Shown one piece after another: positions 1 through 8,917 of a DNA stretch of 24,577 bases. The position numbers were made by a program, and so were the translations under genes. The notes beneath the pieces are model-generated. The model was given only the letters and a program-made list of their open reading frames with translations. It was not told the DNA's origin and made no database searches. Each line of letters opens with the position of its first letter. Position 1 is the first letter of the stretch. The DNA is from a virus. Lineage: Duplodnaviria; Caudoviricetes. The stretch lies in the IMG/VR virus record IMGVR_UViG_3300046063_000066, positions 1 to 24,577 of that record. The stretch is one strand, 5' to 3'.

Positions 1-138
1 GGTCACTCCCCGGACTCGCTGGATGCGCTCGTAATGGCGGCGTGGGCGGCCGGGGGTCTCGGTACTGACGATACCGGACCATCCGCCGGAGCGTTCGGCA
101 CGCCCGCAAACCGTCGTGGAGGCAACCAATGGCGATAG
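1..138 (+). CDS. terL: Terminase large subunit, C-terminal fragment (partial)
   Basis: Frame 1 reads GHSPDSLDALVMAAWAAGG...GGNQWR* (TAG 136-138). G-x-S-P-D-x-x-D-A is the typical C-terminal motif of the TerL RNase H-like nuclease. Lies directly upstream of and overlaps the portal gene. Absent from the ORF track because its start is outside the window. Confidence 0.85.
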   Translation, partial: GHSPDSLDALVMAAWAAGGLGTDDTGPSAGAFGTPANRRGGNQWR

Positions 139-1565
139 AACCAATCGGAGATGGTGCGAACACGGGAACGTTCCGCCGTAGCACCGCGGCGATCGCGTTC
201 GCGATGGGCTATGCCTATGGCGGCCGTCGGGATTACTACAAGAATTTCGGCTGGGACCGAAATCCGGACGCGGAGGACTACTACGCGGCGTTCCTCCGCA
301 ACCCCTTCGCGAACGCGGTGGTGTCGATCCCGGCACAGACCGCGTGGCGGGACCCACCCACCATCAAAGACCGCGCGGATTCCGAAAGCGACCAAGAGAC
401 GCCGTTCGAGCGAGACGTCGAGACCCTCGTGCGGGCGACGCGTCTGTGGCACTACGCCCAGCGCGCACATCTCCTCGCGCGGATCGGGCAGTTCGGCGTG
501 TTGATGATCGGATGGGCGGACGGCGAGGACCAGCAGTTCTCGAATCCAGTCGACCAGCGCACGTTGCAGTCGAACAGCGTGGATTCGGCCGTCCGGTGGC
601 TCCGCCCGTTTTCGCAGGTTTCCGTGGAGGACATCGAATACGACGACTCGCCCCAACGCTTTGGGAAACCGAAGCGGTACAAGATCGACTTCGGCGACGA
701 GAATCAAGCGAACACCGATGACAACTATCTGGACGGAAAGACCGAGCGGTGGGTACATCACGACCGCATCGTCCACATCGCCGAGGGCCTGCTTGATGAC
801 GAGGTCCGAGGGATGCCGGCCCAACAGCCAGTCTATAACATTCTCACGGACCTCCAGAAAACGCTCGGGAGCGCGCCGGAGGTGGCATACTCGATCGCCC
901 GACCGCTGTTTCACGCGAACGTTGACCCGGAGGCCAGTGTCTCCTCCGAGGACGAGCAAGCCATCGACGACGAGCTGACGTCCGCCATCAACGAACTCCA
1001 GCCGCTTGCTCGCACGCAAGGCGTCGATTTGGACCGCATCGAGGGCGAGACTGTCGATCCTGGTCCGGTTCAGGACGCGCTCATCGAGGCGTTGAGCGCC
1101 CAGACCTCGATCCCGCAGAAGAAACTGAAGGGCAACGAGAGCGGCGAGGTGGCCGGCGCGAAAGACCTCCAAGAGTTCTACGGCACAGTCCGCGAGATTC
1201 GCGTGCAGACGCTCGGGCCGCAGATCGCACGCGAAATGGTCACCCGAGCGCAGCGGTTCGGCGTTATCACTCCACCGTCGGGCAATGGGTTCGACGTCGA
1301 ATGGGACCCGCTCGCCGAGAAGGACGAACAGGAACACGCCGAAATCACGAACACGCTTGCCGAAGCAGCGAACCGCTTGTCGAAGTTCCCTGGCTTCTCG
1401 TCGGAGGATGCCGCGGAACTCGTCCGGACCGGAGAACTCCCGGATGAGATCGGTGGCGGCGGGGACATCCAGCCGATGGACCCGGCGGAGGATGCGGGCG
1501 CGCCGCCAGCCAACGCCAGCCCGCCTGCGATAGCGGACGGCGGCGAGGACGGCGACAATGGCTGA
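129..1565 (+). CDS. Portal protein (DUF1073-like)
   Basis: 478 aa acidic protein after terL. Motifs RNPFANAVVSIPA, FGKPKRY, VHHDRIVH, IPQKKLKG and DLQEFY are typical of DUF1073-type portals. Confidence 0.9.
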   Translation: MAIEPIGDGANTGTFRRSTAAIAFAMGYAYGGRRDYYKNFGWDRNPDAEDYYAAFLRNPFANAVVSIPAQTAWRDPPTIKDRADSESDQETPFERDVETLVRATRLWHYAQRAHLLARIGQFGVLMIGWADGEDQQFSNPVDQRTLQSNSVDSAVRWLRPFSQVSVEDIEYDDSPQRFGKPKRYKIDFGDENQANTDDNYLDGKTERWVHHDRIVHIAEGLLDDEVRGMPAQQPVYNILTDLQKTLGSAPEVAYSIARPLFHANVDPEASVSSEDEQAIDDELTSAINELQPLARTQGVDLDRIEGETVDPGPVQDALIEALSAQTSIPQKKLKGNESGEVAGAKDLQEFYGTVREIRVQTLGPQIAREMVTRAQRFGVITPPSGNGFDVEWDPLAEKDEQEHAEITNTLAEAANRLSKFPGFSSEDAAELVRTGELPDEIGGGGDIQPMDPAEDAGAPPANASPPAIADGGEDGDNG

Positions 1566-2442
1566 ATCCGGCCCGGCTCGGATGAAAACGGCGAGAAACG
1601 AGTTCCGCGTTCGCATCACCAAACCGTTCCGGCGTCTGAAGGGGGCGATCCGCACGACGCTCGTTGAGAACGACGCACTTCAACTCAAGCAAGAGACCGG
1701 TCTGTTGACCGCGGCGGTGGATGACATCGCCCCGTCCCGTGGATTTCGCTTCAGCACGGATGTCGAAGCGCAAGACATGTTCATGGAGTGGGTGGATGAG
1801 CAGATCGATCGCGGCATCCTCGAATCGGTCGAACGGTCGCGCATCCGGAACGGCGAGCACTACACCGCTCGCTACATCCGGTCGGCGTACTCTCGCGGTG
1901 TGGATCATGCCGACACGAAACTCAACAAACACGGGCTCGAGGTCCCAGACGACGAACTCCAACGGACGTTCAATCGCCCCATCGCACAGGAAGATTTGGA
2001 GCGCCTCTACACCCGGACGTTCGACAACCTCGAATCGGTCACGTCGGATATGCGGACGGCGGTCCGCCGCGAACTCGGTACCGGCTTCTCGCAAGGCTGG
2101 GGGCCGAGAAGGATGGCCTCGAATCTCAACGACCGGGTGGATAAAATCGGCATCACCGACGCCGAGCGGTTGGCTCGGACGGAGATCATGAACGCCCACA
2201 ACACCGCGAACCGCTCGCGGTATAGCGAGTACAGCGTCAAGAAAGTCGACATTCTCGGGTCGTCGCCCTGCGCTAAGATCTGCGCCCCGATCATCGCGAA
2301 CAATCCGTACCCGCTCGATAATATCCCGCATGGGGGGTGTCCTTTGCACTCAAACTGCGTCGGGACGGAGGCCCCCGCGACCGACAGCTCGGGGAACGTC
2401 ATGCTCGCGTCGGCGACCGACGTCGCACGAACAGCAGCGTAA
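1558..2442 (+). CDS. Minor head / head morphogenesis protein (SPP1 gp7 / MuF-like)
   Basis: AERLARTE motif plus C-terminal C-x3-C...PLHSNC (variant of HPNCRC). Follows the portal with an 8-bp overlap. Confidence 0.88.
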   Translation: MAESGPARMKTARNEFRVRITKPFRRLKGAIRTTLVENDALQLKQETGLLTAAVDDIAPSRGFRFSTDVEAQDMFMEWVDEQIDRGILESVERSRIRNGEHYTARYIRSAYSRGVDHADTKLNKHGLEVPDDELQRTFNRPIAQEDLERLYTRTFDNLESVTSDMRTAVRRELGTGFSQGWGPRRMASNLNDRVDKIGITDAERLARTEIMNAHNTANRSRYSEYSVKKVDILGSSPCAKICAPIIANNPYPLDNIPHGGCPLHSNCVGTEAPATDSSGNVMLASATDVARTAA

Positions 2443-2445
2443 CTT

Positions 2446-2805
2446 ATGGCACAAGAACTATTCAGCGACGCGATTCGCGACCTCGACACGCATCGCTATG
2501 CCGTCGATCCGGAGGACCGGGCCGACCGCATCCCCGAGTTCACGGCGACCGACCGGCTCGTCCGGTTCGTCAACGGTCTCGATCAAGCGGTCGACGTCTC
2601 GATCGACGGGACGGACGACATCGACGGCACGGCGTTCGACGACGCGGTCGAACTCATGGCGGGGACGAGCATTGCGGCGGGCGACGTCGCGGAGGTCGAG
2701 GTGACCAGCCATCACGAACCGTTACGCGTGAACGTTACCGTTTCGGGGACGACCGCGCCGACGAGCGGCGAGTTCGTCACGCGCGCCATCGTCCGTCACG
2801 GCTGA
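2446..2805 (+). CDS. Hypothetical protein, 119 aa, probably beta-rich and virion-associated
   Basis: Acidic ORF with halophile codon usage, tightly packed between the MuF and protease genes. Confidence 0.7.
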   Translation: MAQELFSDAIRDLDTHRYAVDPEDRADRIPEFTATDRLVRFVNGLDQAVDVSIDGTDDIDGTAFDDAVELMAGTSIAAGDVAEVEVTSHHEPLRVNVTVSGTTAPTSGEFVTRAIVRHG

Positions 2806-2862
2806 TCCGCCGTTCGGCTTGATCGCCGTCGAGCGGGTTGCGCCGTAGGAGCGATACCAATC

Positions 2863-4161
2863 ATGCAAGATCCAGCAACTCACGAGACGTATGTCCGCGA
2901 CCACCCCGAGGTCCGCGAAACGGTCGCGGCGGCCGATGTCGACGAAGGGCCGTGGCCGATCCATGGGGTGGCCGTGGCTGCGGGTGACGTCCTCCGCAAT
3001 AACAAGGGTGAGCGAATCCTCATCACGGAGGCGAGTCTGCAGAACGCCCGTTACTCGAAGGCCGCCTCGAAGCTGACGAAGGACCACCCCGACCACGACG
3101 GGTCCCCACCTGTCGATGCGACGGTCGGGACCAACTCGATGCAGTACTCGCCGGCGGGCGAAGCGATCGTCTACGAGGCGGAGACTCATGACGAGGACAT
3201 CGCGGCGGGCGTCAATGGCGGGACCTACGGCGTGTCGATCCACGCCGACCTCGAAAAAGGCCCGCGCGACCCCGAAACGGGGGCGTACGTCGCCGAAAAC
3301 CTCGTGTTCCACGACCTAAGCGTCGTCAGTCTCGGGGATTCGCCGAGCAACACCGCCCAGTTCGGCGGCCGGTCAGACTTGGCGGCGTGGGCGAACGACG
3401 GCGGCCTCGAAGCGGCCCTCTCCGACACACCATCGGCCGATCCGGTGGACGTCGACGACGAGGCCGTCGGCCTGCTCCGCGGTTTCGCCAACCGCCTCGG
3501 GTTCTCGCTTGAGGCAAGCGGCGGCGGCGCAGGCACTGACGCTGGCGGACAGGACGACAGTCGATCCGGCGAATCCGGGTCCGGTGCGAACGACGACTCC
3601 AACAATACTATGACTAACAGAGACGACGTCATCGAGTTCATCACCGCGAACAGCCACTTCGGCGAAGACGTGCTCGCGGAGATGGACGACGACGAAGTAG
3701 AACAGACCCGCGACCTCGTGGACTCGGAGGACGACTCCGAGGGCGGCGCGGCCGACGCGGGAACCGAAGACGACGAGACCGAACCGAGAGATGAGGACGA
3801 CGACGATCCGCCCACCCGGATCGGCGAGATGACGCCCGACCAGCTCGGCGACACCCTCCGGAAGCAGGGGTTCGTGACCGAGGACGACATTGACGTGGGC
3901 GACCTCGCCGAAGCGGCGAACGAGCACCAGTCGAAGGCCGAGAAGGCCGACGAAGTGATCGAGGCGTCCGACGAGTACGACGAGGACGATCGCTCGGAAC
4001 TCCTCGAATCGCCGTTTCTCGATCACATCCACAGCGAAGCGACGTCGCCGGGCGCGGCGTCGGTGCCCGCGGTAGGCGGCGCGCGCTCGACTGCCGAAGC
4101 GTCGGTCGGGGGCGACGGGGAGTACGACGCCGAGGACTTCGGAACGGGGGTGGCTGAATAA
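2863..4161 (+). CDS. Prohead maturation protease fused to an acidic scaffold region (DUF2213-like)
   Basis: N-terminal domain has LTKDHP (His), YGVSIH (Ser) and FHDLSVV. A G/S/D linker leads to a very acidic helical C-terminal half. Position precedes the decoration and capsid genes. Confidence 0.8.
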   Translation: MQDPATHETYVRDHPEVRETVAAADVDEGPWPIHGVAVAAGDVLRNNKGERILITEASLQNARYSKAASKLTKDHPDHDGSPPVDATVGTNSMQYSPAGEAIVYEAETHDEDIAAGVNGGTYGVSIHADLEKGPRDPETGAYVAENLVFHDLSVVSLGDSPSNTAQFGGRSDLAAWANDGGLEAALSDTPSADPVDVDDEAVGLLRGFANRLGFSLEASGGGAGTDAGGQDDSRSGESGSGANDDSNNTMTNRDDVIEFITANSHFGEDVLAEMDDDEVEQTRDLVDSEDDSEGGAADAGTEDDETEPRDEDDDDPPTRIGEMTPDQLGDTLRKQGFVTEDDIDVGDLAEAANEHQSKAEKADEVIEASDEYDEDDRSELLESPFLDHIHSEATSPGAASVPAVGGARSTAEASVGGDGEYDAEDFGTGVAE

Positions 4162-4649
4162 TGCCGATCTCGAATCCGAACGCGGTCATCGCGGACGCCT
4201 TCGACGTCAAAGCTGACCACGAAGAAGGGTTCGCCGACGTGGAGCTTCGGCCCGGATTGGGCTGTACGATCGACGATTCGGGCAGCGAGACGACTGTCGT
4301 CCTCGCGGGCCAGAACTCGGGGACGAAACGACTCGTCCGCGAGCCCCGCAACCCGCCCGAAGGGATCACGACCACCGACGACATCGACACGAGCCCGCTG
4401 GATGCGACGATCGCGGCCGACGACCATACCGAGACGGTCGGGTTCCGCCGCTATCACAAGGGACGCGCCCGGCTCGCGGATTCGTCGACGGCGGCGGCGG
4501 GCGACGATGTAGGATGGAACAGCAATGGCGAGTTGTCGGACGTCCAAACGGACGGAGCGACCGCCCTGACGACGTTCGTTGGCGTTCTCCGGGAGATCAT
4601 CTCGGACTCCTCGCTCGACAGCGACATCGCGGTGGTGGAGTTCTACTAA
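4161..4649 (+). CDS. Capsid decoration/stabilising protein
   Basis: 162 aa between protease and capsid genes, with TAATG coupling at both ends. Short beta-rich G/A/D sequence (AGDDVGWNSNGEL) typical of cement proteins. Confidence 0.65.
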   Translation: MPISNPNAVIADAFDVKADHEEGFADVELRPGLGCTIDDSGSETTVVLAGQNSGTKRLVREPRNPPEGITTTDDIDTSPLDATIAADDHTETVGFRRYHKGRARLADSSTAAAGDDVGWNSNGELSDVQTDGATALTTFVGVLREIISDSSLDSDIAVVEFY

Positions 4650-5800
4650 TGAGCACAACTGACGCACGCACGGTCACGCACAACGATTTCCAAGACGATG
4701 CATCGGACGATCACATTACGGCGTTTTTCAACCCGATCAAAAAGTACCGCGAAAAAGCACTGAGAAAAATTCGCGCGAAATCGGGCCACTCGCCGGATGT
4801 GTGGACGAAACTCGATGCGGCGGCCGGTATCGCCTCCACTGACGAGGACGGCGAGAAGATCGAGGCCGCGTCGCCGATGCCCCACCGAATGGGCATCGAT
4901 TACGAGATGGACGGGCTCGACGAGCAGTTCATCCGCTCGACGGTAATGGATGTACTCGCCGAGTCGGGCTTTGGCATCTCGTCGGACCTATCGAGTTACG
5001 TCTACGCACGTCCGCTCCAGGTCGGTCGGATGGAGGCCGAGACGGCGATGGACGTCCAAGGCACGACCACACAGGACCGCGAGCGCAACGCCCTCGATGG
5101 CGTGGCTCAACCGATCAATTACGTCACCTACAAGCTCGGCGGTCGGGAGATGGAGGTCCGACGTGCCTACGGCGAGGACCCCGAGGCGCGGCCGGCGCGC
5201 GAAGCGCGCCGCGCGCTGAATCGAAGGGAGCACGGCGTCCTCTATAACGGCTGGGGCGGCACCTTCGAGATGGAGGGACTTTCGTTCACCATCGGTGGCC
5301 TCGACAACCCCAGCAGCGACGCGGTGCTCACGGCGGCGAACTCTGCCGGCTGGAGTGACCCCAGCAACGTGCTCTCGGACCACGACGCGCTCCACGACAC
5401 CATCGAACAGCAGACCGACGTGGTCGACGAGGACGACGTGCCGCTCGTCTCCGAGATCGGCGCGCTCGTCATGGTCCCCTACACGCTGTGGGGCAACGTC
5501 ATGCGCCAGGACTACGAGTCCAGCGCGACCGACGAGCCGCTCATCGATCGGCTCAACCGCAAATACCCGTACCTGACGTGGGTCCCCGCGCCACGGCTCA
5601 ACGAGGATCACGTCATCATGCTGCTCAACGACCCGCGATACTTCGGCGTCGTCAACGCCCAAGGCGTCACGAACACCGCGTGGGACGTCGACGGTGGGGC
5701 GAGTCGCAAGCACCGCCTCGTCTCCTCGCGCATCCCGTGGGTCCGCGCACAGCCCGGTGGCGTGAACGGCATTGTGCAGCTCACTGGCGTCTCGTCCTAA
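4649..5800 (+). CDS. Major capsid protein (HK97 fold)
   Basis: Start reassigned to ATG 4649 (TAATG overlap), giving 383 aa. HK97/encapsulin-like features (ARRALNRREHGVLYNGW, GGLDNP, C-terminal GIVQLTG) and expected gene position. Confidence 0.88.
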   Translation: MSTTDARTVTHNDFQDDASDDHITAFFNPIKKYREKALRKIRAKSGHSPDVWTKLDAAAGIASTDEDGEKIEAASPMPHRMGIDYEMDGLDEQFIRSTVMDVLAESGFGISSDLSSYVYARPLQVGRMEAETAMDVQGTTTQDRERNALDGVAQPINYVTYKLGGREMEVRRAYGEDPEARPAREARRALNRREHGVLYNGWGGTFEMEGLSFTIGGLDNPSSDAVLTAANSAGWSDPSNVLSDHDALHDTIEQQTDVVDEDDVPLVSEIGALVMVPYTLWGNVMRQDYESSATDEPLIDRLNRKYPYLTWVPAPRLNEDHVIMLLNDPRYFGVVNAQGVTNTAWDVDGGASRKHRLVSSRIPWVRAQPGGVNGIVQLTGVSS

Positions 5801-5801
5801 C

Positions 5802-6059
5802 ATGGCCGACACCGTTACCGTAGAGGTCTTAGAGGACTTCTACGACGCTGGCGCAGGCACCTACCGTCACGCCGACGAAACGTTCGAGATCGGGAGCGAG
5901 TTCGCCGATAACAACCCGCGTCTCGTCGCCCCTGCTGACGATGGAGCCGCCGAGGACGACGTCGAGGTGTGTGGCGCACCGCTCACGAGCGGCGGGACGT
6001 GTGACCGACCGGCGGCGAGTTGTCCGTACCACTCCAACGATACTGCGAGCGAAAACTGA
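5802..6059 (+). CDS. Small virion-associated protein with C-x8-C-x6-C-x2-H zinc-binding tail
   Basis: ATG 5802 follows the capsid stop. Reads MADTVTVEV...CGAPLTSGGTCDRPAASCPYH. Confidence 0.7.
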   Translation: MADTVTVEVLEDFYDAGAGTYRHADETFEIGSEFADNNPRLVAPADDGAAEDDVEVCGAPLTSGGTCDRPAASCPYHSNDTASEN

Positions 6060-6065
6060 CCAGCG

Positions 6066-6467
6066 ATGGCTCGCACGACCGTCTCGGAAGTCCGGCTCGA
6101 GCTCGAAGCCGACGGCTACCCGACCGAAGCGCTCACCGACACCCAGGTCCAGACTGTCGGGATCACCCCCGCAGCGCTGGAGGTCGACGAGCGGCTCGTG
6201 AACACGACGATGAGCGAGGACCGCCTCGCGCTAATCGAGCGCTACCTCGCCGGGCACATGGTCCTCGCGTCGGGCGTCGACGAACTCCGTCAGGCCGATA
6301 GCGAAGAATTATCGGACGAGTCGTCGGTCGAGTACGCTGGCGATCGCGAGTTTGCCGACTACCGGGCGACGTCGCTCGGACAGAAGGCCCTCGGCCTCGA
6401 TACGTCGGGGACGCTCGCGCACGCACACAAGCCCGCGGCGTCGCTGTCGGTGCCTGACGTCAGATAG
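6066..6467 (+). CDS. Head-tail adaptor (SPP1 gp15 / HK97 gp6-like)
   Basis: 133 aa with TTVSEVR, IERYLAGH and TSLGQKALGLDTSG, typical of adaptor proteins, in the expected position. Confidence 0.75.
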   Translation: MARTTVSEVRLELEADGYPTEALTDTQVQTVGITPAALEVDERLVNTTMSEDRLALIERYLAGHMVLASGVDELRQADSEELSDESSVEYAGDREFADYRATSLGQKALGLDTSGTLAHAHKPAASLSVPDVR

Positions 6468-6485
6468 CTTCGAGGTGAACGATCG

Positions 6486-6929
6486 ATGAGCACTGGCACT
6501 CGCATCAAACCCACCCACACGCTCTCCGCGACGCGAAGCGGCGAGATCTCCTGTTCGAATGACAACGACTGCCCGCCGGGATCGACTTGTGTCGATGGGG
6601 TGTGTGTCGATGACTACGGCACCGCCCTCTCAGGCGAGTCGGATCTCATCGGCGGGTCGGCCGGCGACCCCGTCGCCGTTCGCTTTCACGTCGAGGGCGT
6701 CTCGCTCACTCGGACCGCGATCGGCGAGACGGTCGACCGCTCGCCCGCCGTCGAGGCCCCGCCCGGCGTTGGCGACACGCTTCGCGAGGGCGATACGCTC
6801 GCGCTGACGCCGCTGGCCGACACCGAGGGTGGTCCGACGATCGACGATCTCGAAGTACAGGCGATCCGCCGGGTCTACTCGCGACGGGCGCGCCCGTCGA
6901 AGGTCGTCGTCGAGACCGACGACGTATAG
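6486..6929 (+). CDS. Head closure/stopper protein (SPP1 gp16-like) carrying a Cys-rich insert
   Basis: Between adaptor and gp10-like genes. DDYG and LREGDTL motifs; beta-strand pattern. Confidence 0.6.
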   Translation: MSTGTRIKPTHTLSATRSGEISCSNDNDCPPGSTCVDGVCVDDYGTALSGESDLIGGSAGDPVAVRFHVEGVSLTRTAIGETVDRSPAVEAPPGVGDTLREGDTLALTPLADTEGGPTIDDLEVQAIRRVYSRRARPSKVVVETDDV

Positions 6930-6954
6930 CGGACGATTCGACCGATTTGATCCA

Positions 6955-7335
6955 ATGGCGGACGGCTTTAACTGGGACGGCGACGACCCATACGACCTCG
7001 CCGATCAACTCGAACGCCTCGGTGACGTCCTTCGTGAGGAGTTAGTTGCGGCCGCCGAGGACATCGCGCTTCGGATCGAAGCAGACGCGAAGAAAAATTC
7101 ACCAGTTGATACTGGAACGCTCCGCGCCAGTATCTCATCTGTCGTCGAAGACCTTGCCGGCCACACGGTCAAAGCGGTCATTGGAAGCAACGTCGAATAC
7201 GCGCCCTATCAGGAACTCGGCACCTCGAAGATGAGTGCCCAACCGTTCTTGCGGCCCGCGATCGAGTCGAATCGGCGTTTCATCGTCGAACGGGTCGAAG
7301 AAGCCGTCGAGAACGCGGTCGATCGAGCCGACTAA
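6955..7335 (+). CDS. HK97 gp10-family tail completion/neck protein
   Basis: Start at ATG 6955. Signature SPVDTGTLRASI...NVEYAPYQELGTSKMSAQPFLRPA. Confidence 0.93.
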   Translation: MADGFNWDGDDPYDLADQLERLGDVLREELVAAAEDIALRIEADAKKNSPVDTGTLRASISSVVEDLAGHTVKAVIGSNVEYAPYQELGTSKMSAQPFLRPAIESNRRFIVERVEEAVENAVDRAD

Positions 7336-7344
7336 CCCCACCCC

Positions 7345-7836
7345 ATGAGCACCGATCCGAACCAGTCCGACCGGGCAACGGGTCGCACGCGCGCGCTCCG
7401 GGGGGTGCTGCTCGACCGACTTCAAGAGCACGCTCGTCTCGTCTCGAGACTCGAACGCGTCACGACGATCGATGATGGGACCACGGTAATCGTCCCGTCG
7501 CCGATGCTCGGAAAGTCCCACCGGACGAGCGAAGGCGACCCCCCGGACGTCGCCGTCGCCGTCGGACTCGTCACCGGCTCGTCGGATCGGGAGAACCGCC
7601 AGGAGCGCAAACGACTGATCGTCCAAATCGAGATCGAACTCCGCGAGCGGGCGCTCGACGCCCAGGGGCTCGCCTGGCTCGACGAACTAATGGACGAGGC
7701 AAGCGCCGTTGCGACAGCCCACGGTGGCGGCTTTCGCGCGCTCGGAGCGAGCGGCGGGACCCCCGAGCCCATTTGGGACCCCGAACGCGGCAGATACGTG
7801 TTGGTCTCGCGCTACGACTTCGAGTCGTGGGGCTAG
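7345..7836 (+). CDS. Tail terminator protein (putative)
   Basis: 163 aa between the gp10-like and tail tube genes, the position of SPP1 gp17 / lambda gpU. Confidence 0.6.
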   Translation: MSTDPNQSDRATGRTRALRGVLLDRLQEHARLVSRLERVTTIDDGTTVIVPSPMLGKSHRTSEGDPPDVAVAVGLVTGSSDRENRQERKRLIVQIEIELRERALDAQGLAWLDELMDEASAVATAHGGGFRALGASGGTPEPIWDPERGRYVLVSRYDFESWG

Positions 7837-7921
7837 CGCGATAGCGACCGACGAAGCATCGATCGACGACTGACTAGCAGAGCGACACGACCACCTAACG
7901 AACCACGACAGCGACACAGCC

Positions 7922-8443
7922 ATGAGTACCAGGAATTTCAGCAACGACACCGAAGTATCGGGCGAACTGATCCACGTCATGCACGTCGACGAATCGGGTA
8001 CCGATCCCACGCGGACGGTCCTTGCCCTCGCCGGCAAAGGCGATCTCTCGCTCAGCGCCGACGAGGATACCGAGGACTTCAACCCCGCGGCCGAACGCCG
8101 AACCCGGCGCTACCGGACGAACAATACCGTCGACTTCGAACTCTCGTCGGTAATGGCCGCCGACATGGAGGCGCTCGAACTCATCGGCCTCGTCGACGCC
8201 TCCGACGGCTCGCTCACCTTCGACAACGACTCACGACAGCTCAAACCCGCCGACAACGAGTTCATCGAGATCTCCTACCACGACACCGAGGCGGAAGCGT
8301 ATGCCGACGCTCAACTCGTCCACCGCTTAGAGGACGTCGAGACCATGAGCCCGGAGGTCAGCATGTCCGATACGCCGCCGGTCACGAGCTTCACGATGAT
8401 GGTCCACGGCGCAGTGATCTTCAACTATAATTACACGGCCTAA
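7922..8443 (+). CDS. Major tail tube protein
   Basis: 173 aa beta-rich acidic protein immediately upstream of the chaperone and tape measure genes. No sheath gene nearby. Confidence 0.72.
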   Translation: MSTRNFSNDTEVSGELIHVMHVDESGTDPTRTVLALAGKGDLSLSADEDTEDFNPAAERRTRRYRTNNTVDFELSSVMAADMEALELIGLVDASDGSLTFDNDSRQLKPADNEFIEISYHDTEAEAYADAQLVHRLEDVETMSPEVSMSDTPPVTSFTMMVHGAVIFNYNYTA

Positions 8444-8455
8444 CGATCGCTACAA

Positions 8456-8917
8456 ATGAGCACTGACCACCAGCCCGACGCCGACGGGAGCGGCTATACG
8501 AACGCCGAGTTCGTCGAGCAGGCACACGCCGACGTTCGCGACGAACAGGAACGAGAACGCGCCGAAGCGGCCAAACACGCCGCGACGAAACAGTGGCTCG
8601 AAGAATCGGAAAAGAGCCGGGTTCGCACGATCGAAATCCGCGACCGACCGTTCGAGTTCACGCCGTTGTCCGCGGCCGAATCCTCCCGACTCGAATCGTT
8701 GGGCGAAGGCGTCGAAGCCGATTCGGCCCGCGGCAAAGAGGTCACGCGCGAGCTGTGTGACGTCCTCGGCGAGCACTGTCACGATCCAGTGCTGACCGGC
8801 GACGTCTTTTTCAATCGGTTCGGCATCGACGAACTCGTAGCGATCCTCGACGAACTCGTCGAGGGCGACATGGACCCGGAGGACCGCGAGCGCGTCGACG
8901 GGTTTCGCGAGCAGTAA
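8456..8917 (+). CDS. Tail assembly chaperone (gpG-like, short form)
   Basis: Between tail tube and tape measure genes. Ends ...VDGFREQ* with GGG-TTT-CGC at 8900-8908. Confidence 0.8.
   Translation: MSTDHQPDADGSGYTNAEFVEQAHADVRDEQERERAEAAKHAATKQWLEESEKSRVRTIEIRDRPFEFTPLSAAESSRLESLGEGVEADSARGKEVTRELCDVLGEHCHDPVLTGDVFFNRFGIDELVAILDELVEGDMDPEDRERVDGFREQ

Noticed and set aside
3-1655. 550-aa minus-strand ORF
   Set aside because: Antisense shadow of the portal gene. Arg/Val/Leu-rich, as expected from high-GC acidic codon bias.
4514-4648. Upstream extension of the capsid ORF
   Set aside because: Overlaps the decoration gene and is Arg-rich; TAATG coupling favours ATG 4649.
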